Below, in pieces: positions 25,432 through 34,569 of a DNA stretch of 37,829 nucleotides (position 1 is its first letter; each line of letters opens with the position of its first letter). The position numbers and the translations under genes are program-made. Origin of the DNA: a virus (lineage: Duplodnaviria; Caudoviricetes). The notes under the pieces were generated by a model. It saw only the letters and a list, made by a program, of their open reading frames with translations. It ran no database searches and was not told the DNA's origin. The stretch spans positions 1 to 37,829 of the IMG/VR virus record IMGVR_UViG_3300028145_000046; one strand, given 5' to 3'.

Positions 25432-25974
25432 TCAGTTCAATACGAGCGCCCACAGCGTTGCGACCCCGGCGCTCACGACGCAAGCCGTTTCTACATAAGT
25501 CGTCAGGACTTGGCAGCCCAAGAGATCCGTACCGCTGATGGTCACCATGTCACTATAGCGGTAGGTGGTGTCTCTCCAGTCGTTCGTATTGGTGAGGTTG
25601 AACGGAAGCGTTATCCCCGCCGCATTGGCGTCCACATTGTCGAGTCGCGTGCCGCCAGGTCCACCACTGCCGTCATCGACGATGGCCGCATTGTGTGAAC
25701 CCCAGAACCTGAGCACGGGCAATGTGGTAACGCTGCTGGCGACGGGGTATCGACCGACGAGGAAGATCCTGCTCACCCCAGGACCGATGACCAGGGGGTG
25801 CATGTTGGCGTTGGCGATGGACCAGGGACGAATAAGGACCGCGGCGGCATCGGCGGCAGCGGTCAGGTCGTCGTGGATCTGGACCCACGACCCATATGCC
25901 GATCCCGGATAGGTGACATCGGCGCCGCCCGCCTTGGTCACCAGCCCCGCTCGCACGTTCGCGCCAATCGCCAC
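25432..25974 (-). CDS. Hypothetical virion protein
   Basis: Located between capsid and connector genes; beta-rich. Confidence 0.65.
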   Translation of the reverse strand: MAIGANVRAGLVTKAGGADVTYPGSAYGSWVQIHDDLTAAADAAAVLIRPWSIANANMHPLVIGPGVSRIFLVGRYPVASSVTTLPVLRFWGSHNAAIVDDGSGGPGGTRLDNVDANAAGITLPFNLTNTNDWRDTTYRYSDMVTISGTDLLGCQVLTTYVETACVVSAGVATLWALVLN

Positions 25975-25977
25975 TGC

Positions 25978-26061
25978 TTACTTCCCCTTGGGCGGTTTCG
26001 CCTTCGGTGGTTTTCCCTTTGGCCTGACCGCCTTGTTTTTGATCTTGCCTGGCTTGACCAT
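25978..26061 (-). CDS. 27-aa Lys/Pro-rich basic peptide MVKPGKIKNKAVRPKGKPPKAKPPKGK
   Basis: GGAG RBS, ATG at 26061; fills the gap before the next start. Confidence 0.55.
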   Translation of the reverse strand: MVKPGKIKNKAVRPKGKPPKAKPPKGK

Positions 26062-26064
26062 AAA

Positions 26065-26095
26065 TCTCCGTGTCCAGCGATGCCGGACACGGAGA
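26065..26095 (-). terminator. Strong hairpin after the capsid genes (partial terminator; also sequesters the next RBS)
   Basis: TCTCCGTGTCCGGC-ATC-GCTGGACACGGAGA followed by TTT. Confidence 0.6.
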
Positions 26096-26110
26096 GAAAT
26101 GAGGAGAGAA

Positions 26111-26566
26111 TCAGCCGACCACGACCGAATACTGAGCGAGGCCACGCTTGGCGGCCGTGCTGGGGGCCTCGTCGAGATCCTCGCCAATCCACAGGGCCGT
26201 GATGAACGTTGCCGCGGCGGCACAGACCAGGTTGAGTTGGAGATATCGCTTGCGCACACCCACGACAGGAATCGTGACGGCGGACACCAGCCCCGTTCCT
26301 GTAGCCCCGGCCAACGTCAGCGGAGATACGCTGAAGTCTCCAAGCGGAACGTCGGTTGCCCCGCTCAGTGTCGTGCTGTTGGTCTGCACGTCCGATTCTT
26401 TGATCTTCATTGTGGTCGGAGGCGTGGCCGCCGTCCCACAGAAGATCACGAGATGGACGGCCTTGCAGCCGTTGGTATCGAAGACATAGGAGGTCGGGGT
26501 CGCGCCCGTCTCATCCGCCTGCGGGCGGATCGAAATGGCGAACTTGGCTCGTTCAATGCTCAGCAT
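26111..26566 (-). CDS. Capsid decoration / cement-like protein
   Basis: Directly after the major capsid gene; DTNGC..V..V, KIKESD, RKRYLQL. Confidence 0.65.
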   Translation of the reverse strand: MLSIERAKFAISIRPQADETGATPTSYVFDTNGCKAVHLVIFCGTAATPPTTMKIKESDVQTNSTTLSGATDVPLGDFSVSPLTLAGATGTGLVSAVTIPVVGVRKRYLQLNLVCAAAATFITALWIGEDLDEAPSTAAKRGLAQYSVVVG

Positions 26567-26602
26567 GGCTTGGCCCTCTGGGGCGGCATCGCCGCCGTTG
26601 GT

Positions 26603-28147
26603 TTACGACTCGGCGGTGACGAGGAATGAGTACGGAACGGTCTGATCGGGCTGGGTGGCGTTCGCGGTCCCCAGGTCGTGGCAGTTGACCGCCTTGAATG
26701 TGGACACCTGATAGCCGATCTTGCGCTGGTCCCAGTAGCGGTGCGGGTTGGTCTCCATCTCCATTGAGTTGGGAACGTCCCCGACCTTCGTCACCATGTC
26801 GAAGTCGCCGAAGTGGGCGCACACCTGACCGTTGGCCTGCGTCAATGGCATGGCGTTGGAGAAAATGACACGGTAGCCCATGAACACCGGCACAGTCATG
26901 GAAACGCCGTCGCCATTGAGCACCTGCGCCTGCGTGGTGCCGCCCGTGCCGCCAACCGTCGTGCGCCCGGCCGCGATGTTGACCATGACCTGCTGGAAGA
27001 AGTTCCAAGAGCACAACCACGACAATGCCATCGGGTTCTCGACCAGGGCCACGCGCCCGATGACGTTGGTGAAGTCCGTGAACGACAGTTCCGACCAGAG
27101 GTTGCCGCTTCCGCGTACACACCCCGAGTGGTACTCGGCGTTCGTGGCGTTGGTGCCGATGGTCCACGTACCGGCGGCATCGGTCACCTGCTTGGACAAC
27201 TTGCCCAAGAGTCCGGTCTGGTTGAAGTAGGTCGATGAGCCGTCGCCCTTGACGTAAATCTCTTCGAGTTTCTTGTCGATGGCGTAGACCATTTCATTGG
27301 TCACGAACTCGCCGAAGTCGATCAGACTCCGCATCAACTGCGTCTTGCTGACCGTGCTCAGGGCCACCATCTCGAAGGGCGTGAGCTTGACCTGATCGCC
27401 GGCCGCGTTGCTCTCGGTCGCGGCCACGCCCTCGCCTGGGCTGTAGACCGTCACGCCGCCCGTGCGCCGGGGCACGCTTTCTCCGCTCGGGGCAATCGGG
27501 ATGATCCCGAGAAGCTGCTGAATGGCCGAGTAGCGGGGACGGATGCGGATCAAGGCATTGCGGAGAACGCTGGGGATCGCGAACCCGCCGCTCGAGAAGT
27601 CGTAGGAGACGTTGGCCTTGCGGCAGATTTCAACGCACGTACCCTTGCCCTCGAAGTCCATGCCCGGCGGGACAGCCGCGAGCTTCGCCCATGCGCCAAC
27701 GAGCATTGCCTCTTCAGCATCGCCGTAGTAGGTCGCGCCCCTGGCGGCCTTGAGGTTGTACGATTTGACCTCGAAGGTCATGGCGTAGTTGACGATGTTG
27801 TTGTCTCGGCCGTTGACGTGGCCGACATCCTTGAAGCCACTGCCGCGGTTGGCCTCGGTGCGGGCCTTGACCGACTTGCGGTATTCGGCGGCATCCTTGC
27901 CGGTAATGGTGAGCGGCTGGTCATCATCGTCAGCGGTGTCGGTTACGACAGCGGTTGTGACAGCCTTGGTGTCGAGTTTGGCCCAGGCCGCGTCGATGTC
28001 CACTGGCGTCGTGCCGTCAGACTCGAAGAACTTGAGTTCAATTCCTTCGGCCAGTTGGTCGGCGACGAACTTCTTGATGCTCGCGAGGTCGGCCGTGCCG
28101 GTGTATCCGTTGGCGCGGGCGAATGCGAGAAGTTGCTTGCGATTCAT
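26603..28147 (-). CDS. Major capsid protein, HK97 fold, with N-terminal delta/scaffold domain
   Basis: GGFAIP, GEG.A..ES, V.LTP..M.ALS.VS..L, GDG, FMGYRV, FGDF. Confidence 0.92.
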   Translation of the reverse strand: MNRKQLLAFARANGYTGTADLASIKKFVADQLAEGIELKFFESDGTTPVDIDAAWAKLDTKAVTTAVVTDTADDDDQPLTITGKDAAEYRKSVKARTEANRGSGFKDVGHVNGRDNNIVNYAMTFEVKSYNLKAARGATYYGDAEEAMLVGAWAKLAAVPPGMDFEGKGTCVEICRKANVSYDFSSGGFAIPSVLRNALIRIRPRYSAIQQLLGIIPIAPSGESVPRRTGGVTVYSPGEGVAATESNAAGDQVKLTPFEMVALSTVSKTQLMRSLIDFGEFVTNEMVYAIDKKLEEIYVKGDGSSTYFNQTGLLGKLSKQVTDAAGTWTIGTNATNAEYHSGCVRGSGNLWSELSFTDFTNVIGRVALVENPMALSWLCSWNFFQQVMVNIAAGRTTVGGTGGTTQAQVLNGDGVSMTVPVFMGYRVIFSNAMPLTQANGQVCAHFGDFDMVTKVGDVPNSMEMETNPHRYWDQRKIGYQVSTFKAVNCHDLGTANATQPDQTVPYSFLVTAES

Positions 28148-28280
28148 GTTGACTGCCCTCTGAGTGTGCCACTTGTGCATACTCGGGCAGCCAGTGCTCG
28201 CGGGCGAATCAGACGATGCCCCGCGACGGGCTATCCGCCGAAGTCGGTCGCGGGAACACTAACAGGGATTGGGGAGCCAG

Positions 28281-28967
28281 TCAAGCCCTGGCGACACATA
28301 CCACAACCCGCCGCGCCTTGGACAAGCCCACCGCCCCCCATGCGCTTTGCGGAACGCGGTTTTTCGTGAGCACCTCCCGCGAGCGTGCGGCCTTCCCATC
28401 GTCTCCGTAGACCACGGCCAGCGTGCGGGCCGAGACGTTACAAGGCATTGCGGTGTAGCTGACTTCGATCCCACGCCAGGATCGGACAATCCATGCGTCC
28501 CCGCCGTACTTGGCCGCCTCTTCCGGCGTGGCAGGACCCGCCTCTTTGACTTCGTATCCGATGGACATAGCCAACCCGCCCGCCTCGGCCAAGACCTGCA
28601 CCGCCCGCACGGATTCATTGTCGGGGTCGTTATTGAGGGCGGCGCGGCAGAGCCAGCCGTTTCCAACGCGCTTGAGGCTGCGTAGGCGGGCCACAGCCAT
28701 CGTCGATGAATAGCAGTGGTCAAGAAAGACGTTTCCATTGGCCTGGAAGTAGGACCAATCGGCCCCGTCCGGCATGACCCGCTCGCCTTCCAGGTCAAGA
28801 TCATCGGTCGTGGCCATCGACACGATTTCCATCGGACCACCGGCCGACTTTTCGACCCGGCTGGACTTGCACACAAGCCCGATGACGCCAAGCCGGGATT
28901 CCTGTCTCAGTCCGGCTTTGCGGGCGTGCCGCGAACGGATCTCGTTCAGGATGTCGGTTCCGATCAT
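28281..28967 (-). CDS. Prohead maturation protease (HK97 family)
   Basis: DLEGERV.PDG, FLDH (His), MSIGY (Ser), EVSYTAMPCN. Confidence 0.88.
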   Translation of the reverse strand: MIGTDILNEIRSRHARKAGLRQESRLGVIGLVCKSSRVEKSAGGPMEIVSMATTDDLDLEGERVMPDGADWSYFQANGNVFLDHCYSSTMAVARLRSLKRVGNGWLCRAALNNDPDNESVRAVQVLAEAGGLAMSIGYEVKEAGPATPEEAAKYGGDAWIVRSWRGIEVSYTAMPCNVSARTLAVVYGDDGKAARSREVLTKNRVPQSAWGAVGLSKARRVVVCVARA

Positions 28968-29284
28968 GGCGATTCCCCTTCCGTCGCTACGTCTGACTTT
29001 ATGTTGAGACAGGCTGCGAGTTTCTGGCCAAAGGCCATGACTTCGTTCAGTTGCATGAGCGCCCCGCGCCCGAGTTCCGCCGCCTGATTGATCCTCTCGG
29101 CCTGCCCTTGCTGCATTCGATCCGCGCCCGCCAATACGAGCGAGGGCTTGCGGGCGTTTTCTCCAATCTCATCGCTCAGACAGAGGAGTATCCGCGCCTC
29201 CCGGCAGGAATGCTCAAGCAGGCTCAGGTACAGCAAGACCTCCCGCCGCTGGTTCGTGGTGGCCTGGCTTTCGTGGCGGGTCAT
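28964..29284 (-). CDS. Hypothetical helical protein between portal and protease
   Basis: AAGGA RBS; ATGA overlap with the protease. Confidence 0.6.
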   Translation of the reverse strand: MTRHESQATTNQRREVLLYLSLLEHSCREARILLCLSDEIGENARKPSLVLAGADRMQQGQAERINQAAELGRGALMQLNEVMAFGQKLAACLNIKSDVATEGESP

Positions 29285-29324
29285 TCGGATTCCTTGATGA
29301 TGCCGGACTTGTTGAAGGCGACCA

Positions 29325-31643
29325 TTACTCAGTCTCCGGGTAGACGTTGATGATGGTACAGCGGCAGTTGGGATGGGCGGGAGGCGCCAACACCTCGGTG
29401 TCCGTAAACGCATCGTCGATGGGCACGGGATCGGGGTTGGCCTCTGCGATGGATTCGCACACCGGGCATGGGCCGCCGGCAACCAGCCACTTCTTGTGGG
29501 TGGCTCCGTTCTCGCGGGCTGCCAATCGAGAACCCTCATTGGACGCGAAGCTCGTCTCTGTCCGTGCGATCATCTCAGCGCGGTTGGCGCTGAAGTCCGG
29601 GGCCTCTTCCTTGATGCCGTCCCTGATCTGGGCAATCGTCATGTCCTGGGAGATTCCATCGACCACGCGGCTATTCAGCGTTGACCGCAATGAGTCGGAC
29701 ACCTGGGTCACCATGCGGGCGGCGTTGGTCCGCGCCCACGACACGGCATCCAGGTTTGCGGCAAGACTGAATGAACCGCGCACTCCACCCGCCTCATCCT
29801 CTCCCGACGCCTGCATGATCCTGGGGATGGCCACGTACATGATCCGCTCAAGCTCGGGCATGAAGCGGTCGATATTCACAACGCCCTCTACTGTCACGCC
29901 CTCGCTCATGGCTCGCGCGTACCAATCGTTCACCCGCGCCTCAAAGTCTGCCAGTTCGGATTCGACCTTTTTGGGTTGATTGGGAAGTTCTGCGTCCTTC
30001 GTACTTACTTTCTTGGCCGCCTTCGTGCCGTCGCTAGGAGAAGCTGGCTTGGTGGCCACATCGCCACCATCACCGTTATCTCCAGCCTTGGGCGGATTCC
30101 CGCCTCCCGCATCGCCGTTTCCAGTCGTGACGGACTCAGTTGCTGGCCTGGCCTCCAGGCCGTCAAAGATCGCATTCAACTCCTCCTGTGGGATCTGCGG
30201 CATCGAAGCCTTCGCTATGGCCTTGGCCACGCTCGCATCAATGTCTCCGCTCCGCACCGAAAGGACAAGGGCCTGAAGCGATGCGGTCTGTTGAGGACCG
30301 GCCCTGTTGCTCGCGTCCACATCGACGCCGTGATAGCGGAACTTCTCATCGGGCTTGGCAGCGGAGTCCTCAATCTCAAGCATCTCCCGCGCCTCGGGCT
30401 GATTGATGACGCCACCCTCTAATAGCAAGGTCGCTTCCTTGACAAGCGCTTCGCGGTCCTCGGCAACCGGGTTGTCGAACGCAAACCACATCTCGCCGGG
30501 TTCGATGCCGAACTCCGGAAGCAAAAACTCCGTCAACTCTTCCGCGAGTTTACAAATGCGGGGGTTGATCGTCTGACCGAGATAGGTCGGGTCCGCCATT
30601 TCGGCGCTCGCCAGGGCGGCCGACCCCATCTTCCACATCGACTCTACCCATCCCGCTGCGAGGAAGATGTGGTCGCGCACGGATTGCAGACCATCCTTGT
30701 AGTTCATTTCGATGGGCTTGACGCCGATCTTGTTGGCCTTTGCCATGCGCAGGATCAGGGGCATACCCGACTTCTGCACGCCGCGGACCTGGGCGTTGAT
30801 GTCGGCCGCGATCTGCAATGCCTGTTCGCGCGTCGTGTTCTCGTCAACCTCTATGACCATGCCGGGGTTGCCGCCGTTGTTCCAGCGGGCAATCTCGGAT
30901 TGAAGGGCGGCGTTCTCCATGTCGCCGGGCAACTGCATCGCCTGTGGCCATGACCATGTATACAGCGGATGATCCGGGGAAGAAAGATACTTCCCGTAAA
31001 TCACGTCGCCGGATTCATAGAACAACTCTTGGGCGCGGTTGCGGCCATACCAGTAGCCACGAATGAACGTCGCCTGATCGGCTTGCACTCGCACCCACTG
31101 CGGATACAGGTGGTAGAGGCTCGTCGGCCAGCCCGCCGTATCTCTCTCGCCTTTATAGAGGTAGTTCTTTCCAAGCGACTCGCGGAACCAGAAGAGCACC
31201 TGCATCCAATCCGTGCCTGTGTTGTGGATGTTGGGATTGTGCAGGATGGAGATTGCGGGATGGTCTACGACCTCTTCGATTTCACCCGCGTCGTTCGCAT
31301 ACTCCAACGCCTTGCGGCCCGGCGTGATCCTGCCATCTCCCATGAAGAACCGAGCCGACTTCCGGGACAGCTTCCGCCCCGGCCAGAGCTTCGATCCTGA
31401 TCCCGATGCCTTACGGAACAGCCTGATCCTCTGGTCTGCACACACCATCGCGTTCTTGGAGACGGCGATAGATAGGGAATCTGAAATGCACCGCTGCACC
31501 ATCGCGGCGTCGTGGGCGCTGTAGGTGTAGCGGCTGGTTGCAACCTCGCTCGGCAGCACGGTCGCGTGCGCGAACGACGCCATTTCTTTGGATGGAGCCG
31601 GGTTTGATGGTTTCTTTTTCGTAGCCCCGCGAGCCATGCTCAT
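29325..31643 (-). CDS. Portal protein fused to a Mu gpF / SPP1 gp7-like head morphogenesis domain
   Basis: HPAISILHNPN, GKNYL, NGGNPG, INQPEARE portal motifs; C-terminal RAEMIARTET...KKW...CPVC...PPAHPNCRC. Confidence 0.92.
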   Translation of the reverse strand: MSMARGATKKKPSNPAPSKEMASFAHATVLPSEVATSRYTYSAHDAAMVQRCISDSLSIAVSKNAMVCADQRIRLFRKASGSGSKLWPGRKLSRKSARFFMGDGRITPGRKALEYANDAGEIEEVVDHPAISILHNPNIHNTGTDWMQVLFWFRESLGKNYLYKGERDTAGWPTSLYHLYPQWVRVQADQATFIRGYWYGRNRAQELFYESGDVIYGKYLSSPDHPLYTWSWPQAMQLPGDMENAALQSEIARWNNGGNPGMVIEVDENTTREQALQIAADINAQVRGVQKSGMPLILRMAKANKIGVKPIEMNYKDGLQSVRDHIFLAAGWVESMWKMGSAALASAEMADPTYLGQTINPRICKLAEELTEFLLPEFGIEPGEMWFAFDNPVAEDREALVKEATLLLEGGVINQPEAREMLEIEDSAAKPDEKFRYHGVDVDASNRAGPQQTASLQALVLSVRSGDIDASVAKAIAKASMPQIPQEELNAIFDGLEARPATESVTTGNGDAGGGNPPKAGDNGDGGDVATKPASPSDGTKAAKKVSTKDAELPNQPKKVESELADFEARVNDWYARAMSEGVTVEGVVNIDRFMPELERIMYVAIPRIMQASGEDEAGGVRGSFSLAANLDAVSWARTNAARMVTQVSDSLRSTLNSRVVDGISQDMTIAQIRDGIKEEAPDFSANRAEMIARTETSFASNEGSRLAARENGATHKKWLVAGGPCPVCESIAEANPDPVPIDDAFTDTEVLAPPAHPNCRCTIINVYPETE

Positions 31644-32983
31644 GCCTTTGTCCACCATTCCGGGTGGCTGTTGCTCGATAATACCAAAGAATCTGGGTTG
31701 ATGACCATGGCGCCGCCCCGAATCAGGCTCATCGTCATGTACCGTGTCGCATCCAAGCCGTGATTGTCGCGGTCTACCGGCTCATCCTTCGTCACCTTAT
31801 CCCGGTGCTGCTTCCAGCAGTAGGCGTCGAACTCTTCGATTGTGCTGGTTGGACGCTTGGCGTCGGCGAGGTTGGTGTCGAGTTCAACCAACGCCCCGCG
31901 AAGGAAGTATAGACGTGGCCTGCCGTTCCCAGCCTTGAGCAGCCGTGTCCGCACTGCGTCGATGCCGGAAGTAATGTCCTTTTTCGCCGGGACCGTATCA
32001 ACCCCATGCCGATGTAGCGTCTCGCGGTCTTCCAGGTCGTGATCGGCTACGGTCGTCTCATACGACTCGCCCTCAGACAGACGCTTGACCTGTGCCGCAT
32101 GGTCCTGCACGATCCTGCCCGACATATAGAGTTCGCGGTAAAGATACCAGCAATCGTCATGGCCCGCCCACCACTGGCAGACGAATGGGTCGTTGAACCC
32201 GAAGTCGATGGCCCGACGCTTCGGCCAGTTCTGCCAACCAGATGGCATCGCGTCGATGATGTGGCCGCCCGGCGCTGGGTCGAACTCGGGATAGACCAAG
32301 CCCTCAGAGGCCGCCCACCTGCCATCGCGGAGTCGTGCGCGGCGATGACCCGTGAGCCTGTCGAGCATTCCCAGGTAAATCTTGCCCGCGGCGGTCGGCT
32401 CGTTCGCGGCATGGTCCCACAGCATCGGGTTATCCTGGTGCCGCGTGACGAATCGACGCATCTTGCCGGCGTTGGCTCGGCGGTTGAGCCAGTGGGACGG
32501 ATGACCGGGGTTCGTCTCGGCGATGATCTGGGAATAGGCCGTCTTATTGTGCCTCCCGAGACGCGTGGTCAGCACTTGATACTCATCCTCGGTGAACTCG
32601 ATAGCCTCGAAACACCAGATCCGGTCCCATTCGGTCGAAAGGACGCGATCCGAGTTGTCCATGCCCCCAACCACGATGGTTGATCCATTGGTGTAGTCGT
32701 AGCTGTGCCGGTGCGCACGCCGGGGACCACTCGCGACAAGAGGATGACCGTGCCCCAGCACCTTGCCCTCGAAGGTCACGAGGATGGATTCGGTCATGCT
32801 CGCCCGCGTTTTGCGGATGAAGAGTTGTCGCGATCCCGGATACTTGTCCGCGACCTTGTGGGCCTTCACACAGTCGCCCAGGGACTTGCCGGTGCCCGCG
32901 GGACCCTCTACCAACACCTCCGGCTCCGTGCATCTCAGGGCGTCCCGTACGCCGCCGTGCGGCTCGTAGGTGTCGGAGGTCAA
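31640..32983 (-). CDS. terL: Terminase large subunit (PBSX-like)
   Basis: Walker A GPAGTGKS, ETNPG, nuclease AIDFGFNDPF and DNHGLDATRY; probable TTG start. Confidence 0.95.
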   Translation of the reverse strand: MTSDTYEPHGGVRDALRCTEPEVLVEGPAGTGKSLGDCVKAHKVADKYPGSRQLFIRKTRASMTESILVTFEGKVLGHGHPLVASGPRRAHRHSYDYTNGSTIVVGGMDNSDRVLSTEWDRIWCFEAIEFTEDEYQVLTTRLGRHNKTAYSQIIAETNPGHPSHWLNRRANAGKMRRFVTRHQDNPMLWDHAANEPTAAGKIYLGMLDRLTGHRRARLRDGRWAASEGLVYPEFDPAPGGHIIDAMPSGWQNWPKRRAIDFGFNDPFVCQWWAGHDDCWYLYRELYMSGRIVQDHAAQVKRLSEGESYETTVADHDLEDRETLHRHGVDTVPAKKDITSGIDAVRTRLLKAGNGRPRLYFLRGALVELDTNLADAKRPTSTIEEFDAYCWKQHRDKVTKDEPVDRDNHGLDATRYMTMSLIRGGAMVINPDSLVLSSNSHPEWWTKA

Positions 32984-33366
32984 AACGCCTCCTCCTCGAC
33001 ACCCTTGATGCACCGAACTGTCCCGCCCAGGTTCTCCGTCGCAAGTCCAAGGTCCAATCGGTCAGACTTGTCCGCAATCTCCATCAGCTTCAGGTCGTGC
33101 AAGGCCATCTGCATGAGTAGTCGCTGCCCAGCCCGTGACAGGCGAGGCTTATCGCTCTTGGACAGTTTGACCGCCTCCGCCTTTAGCGCGCCGTAGTCGA
33201 TGGAGAATGCGTCGATGTACCCGGCACGGATCGCCCGCGTTAGCATCCCAGCCGACCCACGCGCCTTGTTCGGGTTGCTCAGGTCTTCCAATAGGTCAAC
33301 AAGGCTAGTGCGACCCCCTGCCCCTTTGTCATTGTTGGGGGCCGGAGTGGGGGCGTGGGCATCCAT
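32980..33366 (-). CDS. Putative terminase small subunit
   Basis: Helical 128 aa, overlaps the terL start, RLD.G.ATEN C-terminal motif. Confidence 0.6.
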   Translation of the reverse strand: MDAHAPTPAPNNDKGAGGRTSLVDLLEDLSNPNKARGSAGMLTRAIRAGYIDAFSIDYGALKAEAVKLSKSDKPRLSRAGQRLLMQMALHDLKLMEIADKSDRLDLGLATENLGGTVRCIKGVEEEAF

Positions 33367-33385
33367 ACCAGATTCTACCTGCCTG

Positions 33386-33513
33386 CCTTATTGAGAAACG
33401 ATTCTCAGTAAGGAATGTCGCCGCCAATTTCGCAGGCTGTTACACGACGACCCACACTGTTTTTTCCGACCGTCCAACCCGATTCGCTTATTGAGAATGA
33501 GTTATCAGTAAGG
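33386..33513. promoter_or_regulatory. Two 28-bp palindromic sites CTTATTGAGAA-N4-TT(C/A)TCAGTAAG, exactly 100 bp apart
   Basis: 33386-33413 and 33486-33513, read directly; the first overlaps the -35 region of the terS promoter (-10 TAGAAT at 33377-33372). Confidence 0.8.
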
Positions 33514-33560
33514 CGAGATTCCGCGGCGTATGCTCCGCCGATCCCTTTGAGTTGCGCGCA

Positions 33561-33596
33561 GAACGAAAACGGCCCCTCCGACAATGGAAGGGCCGT
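33561..33596 (-). terminator. Intrinsic terminator after the membrane/lysis cluster
   Basis: ACGGCCCTTCC-ATTGTC-GGAGGGGCCGT-TTTCGTTC. Confidence 0.75.
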
Positions 33597-33636
33597 CGCT
33601 CATAGTGTCCACGCCGGGTTTCTCGGCGCGGCGTGG

Positions 33637-33852
33637 TCAGGTGTTGCCCGGTCCCCACTCAGCCATCCTGGGGCACAGCCGGTACAGGGCCTCGCCCGCG
33701 ATGACCAGGCCCAGGCCCAGCGGCGTGGCGTCGTGGTTGATCATCCAGTGGCACGGCCAGCCGCCCGCGACCAGGACGACAGCGCCGGCTACCCACAGCA
33801 GGACGCGGGCGTTGACGGTGACGGGGAGCGGATGGGGCTTTGGGGTTGTCAT
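33637..33852 (-). CDS. Two-TM membrane protein (holin candidate)
   Basis: VLLWVAGAVVLVAGG and PLGLGLVIAG hydrophobic segments. Confidence 0.6.
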   Translation of the reverse strand: MTTPKPHPLPVTVNARVLLWVAGAVVLVAGGWPCHWMINHDATPLGLGLVIAGEALYRLCPRMAEWGPGNT

Positions 33853-33858
33853 ATTCGA

Positions 33859-34011
33859 TCAGGCCAGGAATGAAGCGACGAAGAAGAACATCCCCACCCA
33901 CCCGGTTTGGAAGTGGATGCTCCCAACGCCCCATTCAGTCAGCCCCGCCGTTGCGAACAGCAGGAAGATAAGGGCGATGATGAGCAGGATGATTTTCAGG
34001 TTCGCTCTCAT
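33859..34011 (-). CDS. 50-aa two-TM membrane protein (holin candidate) MRANLKIILLIIALIFLLFATAGLTEWGVGSIHFQTGWVGMFFFVASFLA
   Basis: Translated by hand; fills the gap between neighbours; absent from the ORF track. Confidence 0.7.
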   Translation of the reverse strand: MRANLKIILLIIALIFLLFATAGLTEWGVGSIHFQTGWVGMFFFVASFLA

Positions 34012-34014
34012 GGC

Positions 34015-34263
34015 TTAGAGGGCCTTGGTGGCCGGGGGCGTGTTGGCGAACAGGGCCGCAGCGAGGGCGTCGTCCTTGGCCGTGATGACCGCCAGGGCGT
34101 CGGTGACGGGCTTGAGCTGGTCGGATGTGGCGCCGCCGGCAATGGCCGCGTCAACAGCGGTCTGGATCTGGGCCGGGATGCCGTTGATGAGCGCCACGGC
34201 GGCGTCTTCGAGGGTTGCGGCCCGTGTCATTTCGTCGATCAGGGGTTGGAGATTGGCTGGCAT
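34015..34263 (-). CDS. Ala-rich coiled-coil protein (LAAAL.ANTP type)
   Basis: AAGGAG RBS; helical composition. Confidence 0.75.
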   Translation of the reverse strand: MPANLQPLIDEMTRAATLEDAAVALINGIPAQIQTAVDAAIAGGATSDQLKPVTDALAVITAKDDALAAALFANTPPATKAL

Positions 34264-34306
34264 TGTGGGAACTCCTTGCAAGGGTTGTGCGTCCGGGCTT
34301 CAGCCC

Positions 34307-34516
34307 TTACGCGGGAGGAACGGACTTGGAAGCTTCCTCAAGAGCGTCACCGGACGCCTTGAGCTTTACTGACGCGGCCTGGAGCGCCGCAAGTTGTGCT
34401 GGGTCAACGGTGATTCCGCCAGAGGCGAGAACCGCGTCGATCTTGTCGCTGATGTGGCGCAGCATCCGGTGCTGGTGCCAAAGGGCCTGGACGATCCATT
34501 GATCGGTCGGACTCAT
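34307..34516 (-). CDS. Small coiled-coil protein, leaderless
   Basis: TATACT 6 nt before the ATG. Confidence 0.7.
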   Translation of the reverse strand: MSPTDQWIVQALWHQHRMLRHISDKIDAVLASGGITVDPAQLAALQAASVKLKASGDALEEASKSVPPA

Positions 34517-34569
34517 GGCGGGAGTATACCTGCCCTGGACCGCAACCGTGTGAGAGGAAAGTTACCCGA

